The notes beneath the pieces were generated by a model. That model was not told where the DNA came from. It made no database searches and worked only from the letters and a program-made list of their open reading frames with translations. Source: Porphyridium purpureum (lineage: Eukaryota). From it: a DNA stretch of 64,000 nucleotides. Of this stretch, positions 22,020-33,552 are shown in pieces. Made by a program: the position numbers and the translations under genes. The DNA lies in the NCBI GenBank assembly GCA_008690995.1, contig VRMN01000006.1:186001-250000 (forward strand), written 5' to 3'. Every line of letters starts with the position of its first letter. Within the stretch, counting starts at the first letter, position 1.

Positions 22020-23058
22020 GAACTCTTCTGTTGCGCTGTCCGCGCCACCACACGTCACACATTTGTCAGCAGGCTCCGTGCGCCCACGATTGAGCACGTG
22101 GCCTTTCGTCATCTCATGCTCGTGTGCAAACTACCCACGCGCACGCCTATGCCTCCTCCACTTCCCCCGCTCCAATCTCCGGCTTTCACCTCTTTCCACT
22201 TCGGCCACGCATGAGCTACATTCTCCAATCCAACTCCACAGGCTCGTTATCACAAAACGAGGCCGTGTCATCATGGAAGCACTGGCCGCCCAGGCAGGGC
22301 CGCTACGACTTTCGAAACCGTGAACACGGGCACATGCGGGCCGGAGTTACATGAGCAACGGGCTATGAGCTGCGTGCAGACCTGCGCATGAAAAGATGAT
22401 TGGATCGTCCAGCATGCCAAACTCGAGCGGGATTCGGGAAGCCGCATCGAAAACTGACGGGCTTCGCTAGTTAAAGGAAAAAGAGAAGAGAAAAGGACAA
22501 GACAGCCCGACCTTTGCAGAACTCCATCTTGCTCACGCCACTCTGCAGCAGCCGGACTTCCACGCCGCGTACCCGTCGCCAGTGGAGCTCCTCGGTCCGA
22601 AGTCAGAGCCTCGCAGCTATGCCACAGTTTGGGCAAGTGTATGTGTAGGCGTGCATGCGTGTGTGTATGTGGGTGTGTCCATATGTAAAGCCTGAGCTTG
22701 CGTTGTGGTTGAACCGCGAGAATATCCTAGCTGGCGCTCGGCGCGACATGGCGCCGCCTCGCCGCCTTGCCGTCATGCCATGTCGCAGCAGCCACCTGTG
22801 CCACGGGACCAGCCGGCCAAGACTGCCTCCCGCGCACAAAGTACAGTGACGTCGTATTCACTGTACCGACGTCGAAAGGAGGGCGAGATCGTCGGGGCGA
22901 GCGCGGCGGCGTGCGCACAGAGGCTGAGAGGTATGTTTGGTGCTTGGTGGCGAGCGTGAAGACGAGGAGCCGCGTGGGTTGTGCGAGCAGTCGGTGGAGG
23001 ACGGAAGTGCCACCCGGCGTGTTGGCGTCCCGGCTTGCGTTTGACGCCAGGAAAAAGC

Positions 23059-25368
23059 ATGCCTGAAGTGGCGTTTGTAGGCGATGGCGCAGCGCCGCGC
23101 GCAGTGCGGCACGTGCCAACACCGCGCGCGTGTCCGGTTGCGTTCCGCGCATCACGGCCGACAGGCCTACGTCGTGCGCAAGTAGACGGACGCCGCGCGG
23201 CGCTGAAGAGCGCGCGGGTGCTCACGTGTATGGCGCTGTCGGCCGAGGAACGCGCGAGAATGGTTGACATGGAACTCGCGTCTTCGTCGCCCGCATCGCC
23301 CTCCGCGAAGGAGCAGGTCGGAAACGACCAGGAAGATTCGGCGTTTAAGAATGCGTTTCCGCTTGCCGCCGTCGTGGGACAGGACAAAATCAAGCTCGCG
23401 CTGCTGCTAGCCGCTGCAAACACCAAAGTCAATGGCATCTGCATTTCAGGGCGCCGCGGCACGGCCAAGTCTGTCATGGCGAGGGCCATTCACGCGCTGC
23501 TGCCTCCGATCGAGGTGGTAAAGGATTCTTTCTGGAATGAGCCTCCGCCGGCAGAGCGCGACGATACGCTGCAAACGCAGGTCATTCGAGCGCCGTTCGT
23601 GCAGGTGCCGTTGAATATTACGGAGGATCGACTCATCGGCTCGGTCGATGTCGAGCAATCCGTCCAAACGGGTCAGACTGTGTTCCAGCCAGGACTGCTG
23701 GCTAAGGCACATCGTGGGGTCCTGTACATTGACGAGATCAATCTCTTGGATGAAGGGATTGCGAACATTCTGATCAACGTGATCTCCGATGGACAAGTGC
23801 GTATCGAGCGCGAAGGCATTTCGATTGTGCATGAGTGTCGGCCGCTGGTCATCGCAACGTATAACCCGGAGGAAGGTGACTTGCGTCCGCACCTGCTTGA
23901 CCGCATCGCGATCGTGCTGTCGGCTGACAACGAGCCGCTGGATATGGAGCAGCGCCTCGAAGTTGTCGAGTCGGCGACGCAGTACGCCAATGACCCGGCC
24001 AAATTTGTGGAGACTGTCAATTCAGAGACAGACCAAATGGCCACGAACATTGTTCTTGCGCGCGAATACGTGAAGGACGCCACCCTTACAAAGAAGCAAA
24101 TCGAGTACATCGTCACGGAGGCGATTAATGCCGGCGTGCAAGGCCACCGGTCCGAAATTTATGCGATCGAAATTGCACGAGCTGCGGCGGCATTGGAGGG
24201 CCGAGATGTGGTGAGCGCGGATGACCTCAAACTTGCGGTCCAGCTCGCGATTTTCCCCCGCGCGCGTTTTGCGCCGCAGAACCCAGAAGAGGAGCAGCAA
24301 CAACAGCAGCAGCAACCACCACCGCCGCCGCCACCGTCCCCAGAAGATGACGACAAACCGGATGACGCGCTAGATGAGGAAGAAGACGACGAGGCGGACG
24401 AAGAGCGCGACAGCAACCAGGACGAGGAGGATGAGGAGCCCGAGGACGCGCCGGAGGTGCCCGAGGAGTTCATGTTCGACGCCGAGGCAGTCGACGTGGA
24501 CCCAGACCTGCTGCAAGGTACCAAGAGCCAAAAAGGCGGTGGTTCGGGCAAAGGCGGGCTGATTTTCTCGCAGGACCGTGGTCGGTACATCAAGGCGATG
24601 CTGCCGCGAGGCAACGTGATGCGCCTTGCTGTGGATGCTACGTTGCGTGCAGCGGCACCCTACCAGAAAGCGCGGCGACTGCGTGCACCGGAGGGTTCTC
24701 GACGCTCCGTGTTTGTCGAACAAGGCGATATGCGGATCAAGAAGCTGGCGAGAAGAGCCGGCGCCTTAATTGTGTTCCTGGTCGATGCGTCTGGCTCTAT
24801 GGCGCTAAATCGCATGAATGCTGCAAAGGGTGCGGCGATTAACTTGCTCACAGAGGCGTATCAGACGCGCGACCGTATTGCACTGATTCCGTGCCAGGGC
24901 GAGCGTGCCGAAGTGCTGCTTCCGCCGACCAAGTCGATCAGCATGGCCAAGAACCGCCTGGAGACAATGCCGTGCGGCGGCGGCTCTCCATTGGCCCACG
25001 GGCTTTTGCAGGCCGTGCGCGTAGGTACGAACGCGCAAAAGACGGGCGATACCGGCAAAGTCGTGGTTGTGTGCATCTCGGACGGCCGGGCAAATGTACC
25101 CCTGCACATCAGCGAGGGCGAAGAGCGCGAGGAGAAAATGGACAAGAAGGAAATGAAGGAGGAGATTCTTACGATCTGCCGCCAAGTTGGAGCACTTCCT
25201 GGCTTCCATTTGCTTTGCATTGACACAGAAAACCAGTTCGTATCTACTGGCGTTGCCAAGGATATGGCCAAGGCCGCGCGGGGCAACTACCATTATATTC
25301 CAAAGGCATCGCAAGACGCCGTGACAAACGTCGCGAGCAAAGCGATTTCTAACATTCGCCAAATGTAG
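23059..25368 (+). CDS. chlD: Magnesium chelatase subunit D, plastid-targeted
   Basis: [38 protein letters not shown], Pro/acidic linker and vWA domain [11 protein letters not shown]; transit peptide containing AFVG. Confidence 0.97.
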   Translation: MPEVAFVGDGAAPRAVRHVPTPRACPVAFRASRPTGLRRAQVDGRRAALKSARVLTCMALSAEERARMVDMELASSSPASPSAKEQVGNDQEDSAFKNAFPLAAVVGQDKIKLALLLAAANTKVNGICISGRRGTAKSVMARAIHALLPPIEVVKDSFWNEPPPAERDDTLQTQVIRAPFVQVPLNITEDRLIGSVDVEQSVQTGQTVFQPGLLAKAHRGVLYIDEINLLDEGIANILINVISDGQVRIEREGISIVHECRPLVIATYNPEEGDLRPHLLDRIAIVLSADNEPLDMEQRLEVVESATQYANDPAKFVETVNSETDQMATNIVLAREYVKDATLTKKQIEYIVTEAINAGVQGHRSEIYAIEIARAAAALEGRDVVSADDLKLAVQLAIFPRARFAPQNPEEEQQQQQQQPPPPPPPSPEDDDKPDDALDEEEDDEADEERDSNQDEEDEEPEDAPEVPEEFMFDAEAVDVDPDLLQGTKSQKGGGSGKGGLIFSQDRGRYIKAMLPRGNVMRLAVDATLRAAAPYQKARRLRAPEGSRRSVFVEQGDMRIKKLARRAGALIVFLVDASGSMALNRMNAAKGAAINLLTEAYQTRDRIALIPCQGERAEVLLPPTKSISMAKNRLETMPCGGGSPLAHGLLQAVRVGTNAQKTGDTGKVVVVCISDGRANVPLHISEGEEREEKMDKKEMKEEILTICRQVGALPGFHLLCIDTENQFVSTGVAKDMAKAARGNYHYIPKASQDAVTNVASKAISNIRQM

Positions 25369-25642
25369 CACTGTGAAGGGGATTCGCAGAAATTCGACAG
25401 AGAAAAGAGGGCGTCCGTCTTTTGAAATGCGTATGGCTTCTTCATAAACTTGAACCTGGCATTAGAGTGACGCAGCCGTCGCGGCACGGCGCGGCATGCC
25501 TACTACTTCAATATATGGTCTGAGCGGCCAAGCATGGAGCCGTTCTCACCGTAGCATACAGACCCGAGCCATACGCGTGCGGCACTCTCCACACTCCATG
25601 CGTTAAACCGGGCAAGAAACTGCTGCTTTCGCTGCAAGGAAC

Positions 25643-26083
25643 CTATTTCTTCTTGAAGAGGCCAAAAATTTGTTTGGACCCTGAGCCGCGACCTGGGGAG
25701 ACGGTATCCGAGCCTTTTCGGGACGAGGATGCATCTCTTTCGGCCATCGAGAAACCCGATGGTGACGACGGCGTCAGGAATGACTTCATCGCACCTGAGC
25801 CTGAGCCTTGCGCTGCCTTTTCCTTTTGCTTCTTCTCATTCCATATTCTTATCTGATCCTCGTGTTCACTAATCATGTTTTGCAAATCTTGCGGCCTTGG
25901 CGTCACCTTGTGCTGCTCGCTCTCCGTCGATGCCGCACCGGAGGCCGCCCCAGTGTGGCTCCCTGCGGAGCCCGGCGTCTTTGCCTGGCGAAGTTGCATA
26001 TCTGCTTCCATTTGCTTACCAGATATGATCTGGATGTCTGCGGTATCATCCGCGTCCGGAAGCTCGAACAACTTTGCATCCAT
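25643..26083 (-). CDS. Hypothetical low-complexity protein (146 aa)
   Basis: ATG-started ORF with protein-like composition filling the gap between chlD and the C2 gene; no family recognised. Confidence 0.55.
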   Translation of the reverse strand: MDAKLFELPDADDTADIQIISGKQMEADMQLRQAKTPGSAGSHTGAASGAASTESEQHKVTPRPQDLQNMISEHEDQIRIWNEKKQKEKAAQGSGSGAMKSFLTPSSPSGFSMAERDASSSRKGSDTVSPGRGSGSKQIFGLFKKK

Positions 26084-26686
26084 GGCTCACGGCAAGTAGA
26101 TCTTCTGGGTCGCTGAGCCTTGCGCACTTACGAGCGGAAGCCGTTGCGCCGGTCGGATAGCACACGCACGAATCCACGCAAACCCCTGCCAAGCTGCCCA
26201 ATAAATTAGAGCCGCGCTCGCACCTCCGCGCGGGCGACGCTCGGGGGCGTAATGTTCCGACCCAAGAAGAAAGCCCGCCCGTGGGGTTGGCGCGTTCCGG
26301 CACAGCTGCGCGGTTCGGCGACTCGAATTCCCGGTGCGCGCGCACACGCACGCAGACAGGGGGACGTGCGGGGCGGAGTCCGAGCCTCGACGCAGAGCGC
26401 TGGACGCCGCAAGTCAAATTGAGTGAGCAGGCCGCACGCCGCGAGTCACTTGGTTCGATGTGCTGCGCGCGCTCGTCCCCACACTCTCTCACGCTGTGGC
26501 GCTTGCTTGTCATCACGAGCGCTCAGCGCCGGCTGAAGTAAAGTGATGGGTGTACTGTCCACTGAACCTCCTCATTAGGATAAGAAGAAGGGGACTGTAC
26601 CTCCTTGTGGTTCTGGGCAAGCGAGGCAGAATGGCCAATTGTGGGAGTGGAGGAGCTGGGAGGAGGGAGGAGCGAGACCGGTTGAG

Positions 26687-28084
26687 ATGGAGCGGGAGGC
26701 GACGGAGCGTGAGCGGGACACGGAGCCCAAGTCGCCGTCGTCGGTGTCGGCGCTGATGCGGCGCAGTATTTCGGCGCGGACGGTGCCCAGTGTGCCCAAG
26801 TTGTCCCGCTCGTACTTGCAAGGGCCGCGCATGCTGCTGACCATGCAGGCGTACAATTTGTGCCTGCCGTCTGGCACTGCGATGAGCGCCAAGATGTTTT
26901 CGCAGATCTCGGTGCTCAAGCGCAGTCTGGCCGCAAAGGATACCCCGGCCTGGGAGTGGAACCTGGCGATGCAGTCGGAGCTCGCGTACGATCGCGAAAA
27001 TCCCAAGTGGGTGCAGTACGCCGTCTTCCCAGAGTTTCTCGCCAAGGACCTCGTCTTGCGCTTTGAGGTTCGCGCCGTGGAGCAAAACGCAATAGCACTC
27101 ATGAACAAAAAGCCGGTCGTCGTCGGATTCACCGAGACAAGTCTGGCAGTGGCGGTGGGTGCCGAAAACGGTGTGCTGGACTGCGAGCTGGAGAACGAGG
27201 AGAACGGTGAGCTGACGGGCGCCGTGCTGTACGTCTTTGCGCACCGAATCAGGCAGCTCGCTGTTCGACGGGTTAATTTCAAAATGACGTGGTCAGGTGT
27301 TGGCATGTTGTACGAAAGGTGCAAATTCATCATTTGGCGGAGGATACCTGGCTCCGCACAGTATCAGACCCCCATCTTTGTCAGCGACACCATAAGCAAA
27401 CCTGGAACCACAACCGTTGCGTCTCTACCGGCTGAATGCCTCGCGGAGGGGCTAGACACACGACTACGAGTAGAGTTTCTGGACTGGGGCAAGGGCAGAA
27501 AACGGATCGGCGAGTTCCAGGGACTGCTCGGCGCGTTTCGGGAAATCCCAATCCCTCCAAATGCTGACCGCATGGTGTTCTCCCCTCACATCAAGGTGAA
27601 CATTTTCCACGGCTTGGTGAATCTTCGCAAGCGCAAAGAGAGCGATGACGAGTGGATGTTTGATTTTCATGTTATTATTCACAGAGAAGCAGCATCGAGC
27701 GCTCCCCAAATTTCATCTAATGTTGAAGTGCAATCTATGGTAAGCAGGCAAGGTTCATCGAGTTCGACGCGCTCAGTATCAGCAACGGAACCACTGAGGC
27801 CGGTAGAACGGCGATCGGGAATGTCACTAACGAGGTCGTCGACTGCTGATGCCTACGCTGTGGTTGGCGACAAGTTGTTCAATGGCGATGGATATCATTC
27901 TGTCCGGTCTGGCCCGCCACTCCCCGGGGATCTGAAGCGAGGAACATCAGTGCCGCTTCCGCATGGGTCGATGGGTTCGACGTATGCCACCCCACCTGGG
28001 TTGAATGGGTCTTCGCGTGCGAGAATGAAGATGCGCTCATCCGGTGGACCTCAATCTCCGGCGCCCTCCACACCGCAAAGGTAA
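26687..28084 (+). CDS. Copine-like tandem C2-domain protein without vWA domain
   Basis: ENPKW..LRFEV..VGFTETSL resembles copine C2A; VSDTI..CL...DTRLRVEFLDW..RIGEF resembles C2B; Ser/Pro-rich tail. Confidence 0.6.
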   Translation: MEREATERERDTEPKSPSSVSALMRRSISARTVPSVPKLSRSYLQGPRMLLTMQAYNLCLPSGTAMSAKMFSQISVLKRSLAAKDTPAWEWNLAMQSELAYDRENPKWVQYAVFPEFLAKDLVLRFEVRAVEQNAIALMNKKPVVVGFTETSLAVAVGAENGVLDCELENEENGELTGAVLYVFAHRIRQLAVRRVNFKMTWSGVGMLYERCKFIIWRRIPGSAQYQTPIFVSDTISKPGTTTVASLPAECLAEGLDTRLRVEFLDWGKGRKRIGEFQGLLGAFREIPIPPNADRMVFSPHIKVNIFHGLVNLRKRKESDDEWMFDFHVIIHREAASSAPQISSNVEVQSMVSRQGSSSSTRSVSATEPLRPVERRSGMSLTRSSTADAYAVVGDKLFNGDGYHSVRSGPPLPGDLKRGTSVPLPHGSMGSTYATPPGLNGSSRARMKMRSSGGPQSPAPSTPQR

Positions 28085-28290
28085 AAGATGGAGGTGGATC
28101 CACGCCGCGAACGAAGGCCAGGTCTCGAGATCATGAATCGGTCCATGTGACCCTAAGTTTTTGGCAGTTTGCGAGCGCCAGGATGATGACCTGAACGGGT
28201 GCGCGAGAGTGTTTGTAGCATGCGGCAGGAGTACGATAATTTATTGCACAGAACAGTTATTTTATTTTGTAAGTTCGTTTGAGTTGTCCT

Positions 28291-29406
28291 TCATTCTCTG
28301 GAATCTGAGGCTCTCCCTGGCGACGGCGCCATTCCGCTTTGCTGTGCTAGCATGCTCATCTGCTGCAAAAACATGCTGAAGTGCAGCGGCGTCAGCCCCT
28401 CGAACACCGGCTGCGACGGCTGGCTGCCGGGCCCCATCGCAGCCAGCGCGGACATCAGCGCCGCGGGGTCCATCATGCTCGGCAGCACCGCCGCGTTTGC
28501 GGGTCTCGTCGTGGTTGCACCGCCGGCAGCCGCGTTCACGCCAGCGACCGCTGCGCTGCCACCACCCGCGCCGCCTTTCTTCCCCTTGCACCCATGCGCC
28601 CGCGACGGACGGGTGCGCTGCGTGTTCTTCTTGTACACGTTGCACTGCGCACGCGTCGGGCAAATGCGCATGCAGTGGCAGCAGTACCACTCGTTGTCCG
28701 GCGCGGTCGCCAGCTCAAAGTCCCACCCGTTCTCCGCAAAGCACTTTTCGCAAATCACCTTGCGGCACGAGCCCGTCTGCACATTGTAGCACACCGCCTG
28801 CCGCACCACCTTGGCGCTCTTGGTGCAGATGTGGCAGAAGCGCGACGGCTCCACCGCCACGTCGTCCGTGGTGTCTACGGCCCCCGGCAGGTCGCCCGTC
28901 CCGTAGATCTGCGACATCAGCGGGCTCATGAACCGCGACGAGCCGCCCGGTGACGCCTTGTTGCCCGTCTTCACATGCTTACGCGCTGAGATCTCTGGGT
29001 AGAACAGGCCCAGCTCCGAGTCCACCGTGTTGCACACGGAGTCACTCGCTTCGCCGACGGCCTTCATTGCCTCCAGCGACCGCTTGCTCGAGCACGGTGT
29101 CAGCATCTCGGGCGTGACCGCCTCCAGTGCAAACGCCTCGTGCATGGGCATGGTCATGGCCTTGCACGGGTGTGGCGTCACTTGCTCGATGCTCGGCGGT
29201 AAGCTGGACAGCGAGCTGATCATCGCATCATCGACGTCGAAATCAGCCAGGAACGAGAACTCGTCGTCCGCGGCGTCGAAGCCACGCGCTTGAAGGCTGC
29301 TGAGCGCGTGCTTGCACGCCTCACCTTGAGTGTCAGGGTCTGTCCACGTGCTGCCAGAGTCGGCAAACACGTCCTCGAGCTCTGCCGTGATATCCACGGT
29401 CTCCAT
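28291..29406 (-). CDS. Cys-rich zinc-finger protein (PHD / zf-4CXXC_R1-like), copy A
   Basis: SRFCHIC..VC..CRKVICEKC..WYCCHC..CP..AQC domain, acidic N-terminus and Ala/Met/Gln-rich C-terminus; probable transcription regulator. Confidence 0.8.
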   Translation of the reverse strand: METVDITAELEDVFADSGSTWTDPDTQGEACKHALSSLQARGFDAADDEFSFLADFDVDDAMISSLSSLPPSIEQVTPHPCKAMTMPMHEAFALEAVTPEMLTPCSSKRSLEAMKAVGEASDSVCNTVDSELGLFYPEISARKHVKTGNKASPGGSSRFMSPLMSQIYGTGDLPGAVDTTDDVAVEPSRFCHICTKSAKVVRQAVCYNVQTGSCRKVICEKCFAENGWDFELATAPDNEWYCCHCMRICPTRAQCNVYKKNTQRTRPSRAHGCKGKKGGAGGGSAAVAGVNAAAGGATTTRPANAAVLPSMMDPAALMSALAAMGPGSQPSQPVFEGLTPLHFSMFLQQMSMLAQQSGMAPSPGRASDSRE

Positions 29407-32400
29407 GGTCTCTTAACCCAACGTTTCCTCCGTGCGGCAAAAGCTACAGAGAAGGAACGCAGCTCTGTTCCCTGCTCGTCAGCAACAGTCATGCCAGCCT
29501 CTTACTCTCCGCGACCAAGCGCGCACAGGCGTCCGACAGGCCCGCTTTATATACGCGGCACATGCATGGCTCCGCCAGCCACCGCGCGAGTCAAGATCGA
29601 CCGGTTCAAGGGGCCATTTGCGCGATTCCGGTGCAATCTCCGCATGGCTGTGTCGGCGCCATTTCTGCGCGGAGAATGTGATGTGAGTGAAGGTGGGCCC
29701 CGAAGCAGTCGGCTTCCCATGTGACGTCGTCATTACACATCCTCCGTTGGCGCCAGCGCCCGGAACTACTCAAGATCACGTCAGATGGATCGGAGGACAG
29801 ACTCTGCGCTCTCTTGCGGAGCTTAACAAATTTACGTCGAAAGTGAAGGGGGGAATGGACATCTTTAAATTAGCGCGGCTGTGGCTGACGAGGATGGCGA
29901 GCGTCCGGAAGCCATGTAACACCTGCCAGAGTGACAGGCCGTTGAAGCACAGTGCCGAGATGACACGCAAGGAAGCCTCCCGTCGGCACATGGCAGGTGA
30001 TGGTTCGTTTCCCGCAGGAGCATGTGGCCTGACTCAAGCCAGATACGTGAGGATGTGACGCGCTGGTCTGGCATTCCGGGTCACAAGAGGAACACTGGCA
30101 GCTGTAATCCCGCTGGAACGACAAGGTCCTCAGCGTCACCGCCGCAGCAGCAGTCGCACCTGGCGCCGAGAAACGGAAGGATCTGTATCCAGCCTTTCCG
30201 GAGCCCGTCTTTTTACGTGCATGGCCTGTGAATACGAAAACCGGTCCCAAGACTTTATCCGCAAAGAATGATTATAGTGTGGCGAGACAGAGCGGATTGG
30301 TGTTTCTTCATGGCATCGAGGGCATACCCAGATGTACGAAATGGTGTCGGTGCAGGCGTGAAGGGTCAAAATTCAGCGTTTGTCGCATTCGGATGAAATG
30401 GAAACGCATGCCTGCACTTGCCAGTACACACATGACAGCACGAGGCTTGAGTCTTCGGATTTTCGCGATTCGCTCATATCCGGCATGCTAGATAGTACCA
30501 TATCCTTCACCTGGGCCTCTCGCGCGCATCCACGGACAAACGCCGCGTGCGCGCCACGCGACAATGTCCAAGACCATAAAGGCCAGGCCACGGATTCTGC
30601 TCACATGAATACGTACAGTGTCCTGCTTTGATTCCTGAATGATGAAGATTTGCCCCACATTCTCGGCTACCTGCTCACACCCACCGCAAGACGCTTACTG
30701 CGATTCCCGCGGCAATATGCGAGGCCCCGCTTTCTGGCTGATCCCCATGGTGATGAGCTGCTATTCCTTCTCCACGGCCAAAGACGCTTGTCCACTGACC
30801 CAAGCCGAGAGTGCCGCACTCGCGCCTCAACAGACGCGCAGCCGCAACAGGGCGGACCCGCCTCGAGTCGCGCTCGCCCTCGTCGCTTACAAAACGGGTG
30901 AGCGCGACTGCCGCCCATGCGGTGCTGCGGGGACCGTTGGAACGCCCTGTCGCACGCACGCCACGAACCCAACTCACGGCACCGCTCCACTGTCAACCTC
31001 GATACTTGTCTATTTCGGCAAGAGCTGCTGCTGATTGGGACCTTGGCGAATCACAAAATGCCATCAATTTACTAGTTTGCATGGGAGCGCCTTTTATCTG
31101 AATCTGTCGAGCGCGAGCTGGTGCTGGGCGCGCGGTTGGCGCGTGTAACCGGTGTGACGATGTGGGTGATGCGGTGCGCGTGTGCTGCGACGCATGCAGG
31201 TGCAGGACATCCACGCGAATGCGCCATTGACAGAGCTGATGGCTACCAGTCGGCAGTGCGCGAGCGCGGGCTGCTCTTGTATTTAGGCACTGCGGAACGC
31301 TCGCAGAGCAGAGCATGTGATGCGGCCCGTTGTATGTGAGTAGGAATCGGGTCTGGGGCTTTGGAGCGAATACAAGCTGACGCTGAAACCTTTGCCGCAC
31401 GTAGGAAACGTTGGGTTAGGAGACCATGGAGACCGTGGACATCATGGCAGAGCTCGGGGACGTGTTTGCCGACTCTGGCAGCACGTGGACAGACCCTGAC
31501 ACTCAAGGTGAGGCGTGCAAGCACGCGCTCAGCAGCCTTCAAGCGCGTGGCTTCGACGCCGCGGACGACGAGTTCTCGTTCCTGGCTGATTTCGACGTCG
31601 ATGATGCGATGATCAGCTCGCTGTCCAGCTTACCGCCGAGCATCGAGCAAGTGACGCCACACCCGTGCAAGGCCATGACCATGCCCATGCACGAGGCGTT
31701 CGCACTGGAGGCGGTCACGCCCGAGATGCTGACACCGTGCTCGAGCAAGCGGTCGCTGGAGGCAATGAAGGCCGTCGGCGAAGCGAGTGACTCCGTGTGC
31801 AACACGGTGGACTCGGAGCTGGGCCTGTTCTACCCAGAGATCTCAGCGCGTAAGCATGTGAAGACGGGCAACAAGGCGTCACCGGGCGGCTCGTCGCGGT
31901 TCATGAGCCCGCTGATGTCGCAGATCTACGGGACGGGCGACCTGCCGGGGGCCGTAGACACCACGGACGACGTGGCGGTGGAGCCGTCGCGCTTCTGCCA
32001 CATCTGCACCAAGAGCGCCAAGGTGGTGCGGCAGGCGGTGTGCTACAATGTGCAGACGGGCTCGTGCCGCAAGGTGATTTGCGAAAAGTGCTTTGCGGAG
32101 AACGGGTGGGACTTTGAGCTGGCGACCGCGCCGGACAACGAGTGGTACTGCTGCCACTGCATGCGCATTTGCCCGACGCGTGCGCAGTGCAACGTGTACA
32201 AGAAGAACACGCAGCGCACCCGTCCGTCGCGGGCGCATGGGTGCAAGGGGAAGAAAGGCGGCGCGGGTGGTGGCAGCGCAGCGGTCGCTGGCGTGAACGC
32301 GGCTGCCGGCGGTGCAACCACGACGAGACCCGCAAACGCGGCGGTGCTGCCGAGCATGATGGACCCCGCGGCGCTGATGTCCGCGCTGGCTGCGATGGGG

Positions 32401-32519
32401 CCCGGCAGCCAGCCGTCGCAGCCGGTGTTCGAGGGGCTGACGCCGCTGCACTTCAGCATGTTTTTGCAGCAGATGAGCATGCTAGCACAGCAAAGCGGAA
32501 TGGCGCCGTCGCCAGGGAG
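28313..32519. repeat. Large inverted repeat: arms 28313..29441 and 31391..32519 (about 1.13 kb), spacer about 1.95 kb
   Basis: The arms are reverse complements with only a few substitutions, mostly near the ATG. Confidence 0.97.
29546..29553 (-). promoter_or_regulatory. Putative TATA box (TATATAAA) for zinc-finger copy A
   Basis: AT-rich TATATAAA on the minus strand about 140 bp upstream of the ATG, in a GC-rich context. Confidence 0.45.
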
Positions 32520-32544
32520 CAGTTCGGAATCGAAGAAAAAATGA
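31426..32544 (+). CDS. Cys-rich zinc-finger protein, copy B
   Basis: Identical protein to copy A except T7M, E11G and the last few residues. Confidence 0.8.
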   Translation: METVDIMAELGDVFADSGSTWTDPDTQGEACKHALSSLQARGFDAADDEFSFLADFDVDDAMISSLSSLPPSIEQVTPHPCKAMTMPMHEAFALEAVTPEMLTPCSSKRSLEAMKAVGEASDSVCNTVDSELGLFYPEISARKHVKTGNKASPGGSSRFMSPLMSQIYGTGDLPGAVDTTDDVAVEPSRFCHICTKSAKVVRQAVCYNVQTGSCRKVICEKCFAENGWDFELATAPDNEWYCCHCMRICPTRAQCNVYKKNTQRTRPSRAHGCKGKKGGAGGGSAAVAGVNAAAGGATTTRPANAAVLPSMMDPAALMSALAAMGPGSQPSQPVFEGLTPLHFSMFLQQMSMLAQQSGMAPSPGSSSESKKK

Positions 32545-32742
32545 GGCAGCCAAGTGCTCAACGCTCACCGCTACGCGAGCGGCGGTTGAAGAGTGCGTTC
32601 ACATCTGTAAAATTATTATATACTCCTTGCGACACACGCTGCGCCGCGCGTAGGTCCTTCTTTGTCTCTGTCGACTCGGAAAAGCAGAAGAAGTCGCCCG
32701 AAACCTTTGTTACTTTTTGTGCTCCTGACATGCTGGTGAGTC

Positions 32743-33504
32743 ATGGGCGCGTTCCCGCAGCTGGTGTGGGGTCACACACGTGGCGGTCAAGGTCATGAAA
32801 GATTGCGCGCACGTATCCGTCTCGAGACGCAGGAGCAGCGAGGCGCGAGAGCCACAGCGCACGATGGTGTCACACAGGTCTGGCCAGCCACGTCGACTCG
32901 CGCTGAGTTGATGGAACATCTGACGCACGACAAGAAGCTCGTGCCACAAGTGTGCGCTCGCGGCGGCGCGTATGTCGTCAAGCACACTTCCGCTGAAGTC
33001 GGCTGTGGCGAGTATGCGGCGATCTGGCCGCGCGCGGTGCAAGGCATCGAGTCAGGCGACGTAATGCGGTTGTGGTGGACGCGTTTTGTGATGCCCACGG
33101 AGGTTGCACCGGATAGAAACGTGGTTGTGTTGGTTCACCCGGTACCGCTGCTTCCGCTCAGTGCGGCCATGGTGTGCAACGTGCTCTATAAAACGAGCAA
33201 ACCGCACAGCTACGCGATTGGATGGTTGACGACGGCGCGCCACTTGCTGCACGGCGAAGAACGGCTGCGGCTGGACTGGATACCAGAGCCTTCGCGCTCG
33301 TGTCGCTGCAAGGCTACAGACAGCAGTTCTAGCGCAGCACATGGCCGTGTTGTGTTCGAGATCGTTTCGTACTCTCGCTCGGCACACCCCGTGGCGCGTA
33401 TTGCACAACCGATGGTGCGGTGGCTGCAGGACCGATTCGCTCACGGGGCGATCAGGAACATGCAGCGTTTGCTTCAGCACGCTGACAAGCAAAAGGCTAG
33501 TTAG
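32743..33504 (+). CDS. DUF1990 (UPF0548) family protein
   Basis: VGCG..., YAIGWLTTARHLLHGEERL, VVFEIVSYSRSAHPVARIAQPMVRWLQDRF motif pattern. Confidence 0.8.
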   Translation: MGAFPQLVWGHTRGGQGHERLRARIRLETQEQRGARATAHDGVTQVWPATSTRAELMEHLTHDKKLVPQVCARGGAYVVKHTSAEVGCGEYAAIWPRAVQGIESGDVMRLWWTRFVMPTEVAPDRNVVVLVHPVPLLPLSAAMVCNVLYKTSKPHSYAIGWLTTARHLLHGEERLRLDWIPEPSRSCRCKATDSSSSAAHGRVVFEIVSYSRSAHPVARIAQPMVRWLQDRFAHGAIRNMQRLLQHADKQKAS

Positions 33505-33552
33505 AGCGTCGTTAGCGAAACAACACGCGTATCATCCTATTCAGAAGTGTAT

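Noticed and set aside
29442..31390. Spacer of the inverted repeat as a transposon core, with the arms as terminal inverted repeats
   Set aside because: The arms are host-type coding genes, and no transposase or recombinase ORF or target-site duplication is visible.
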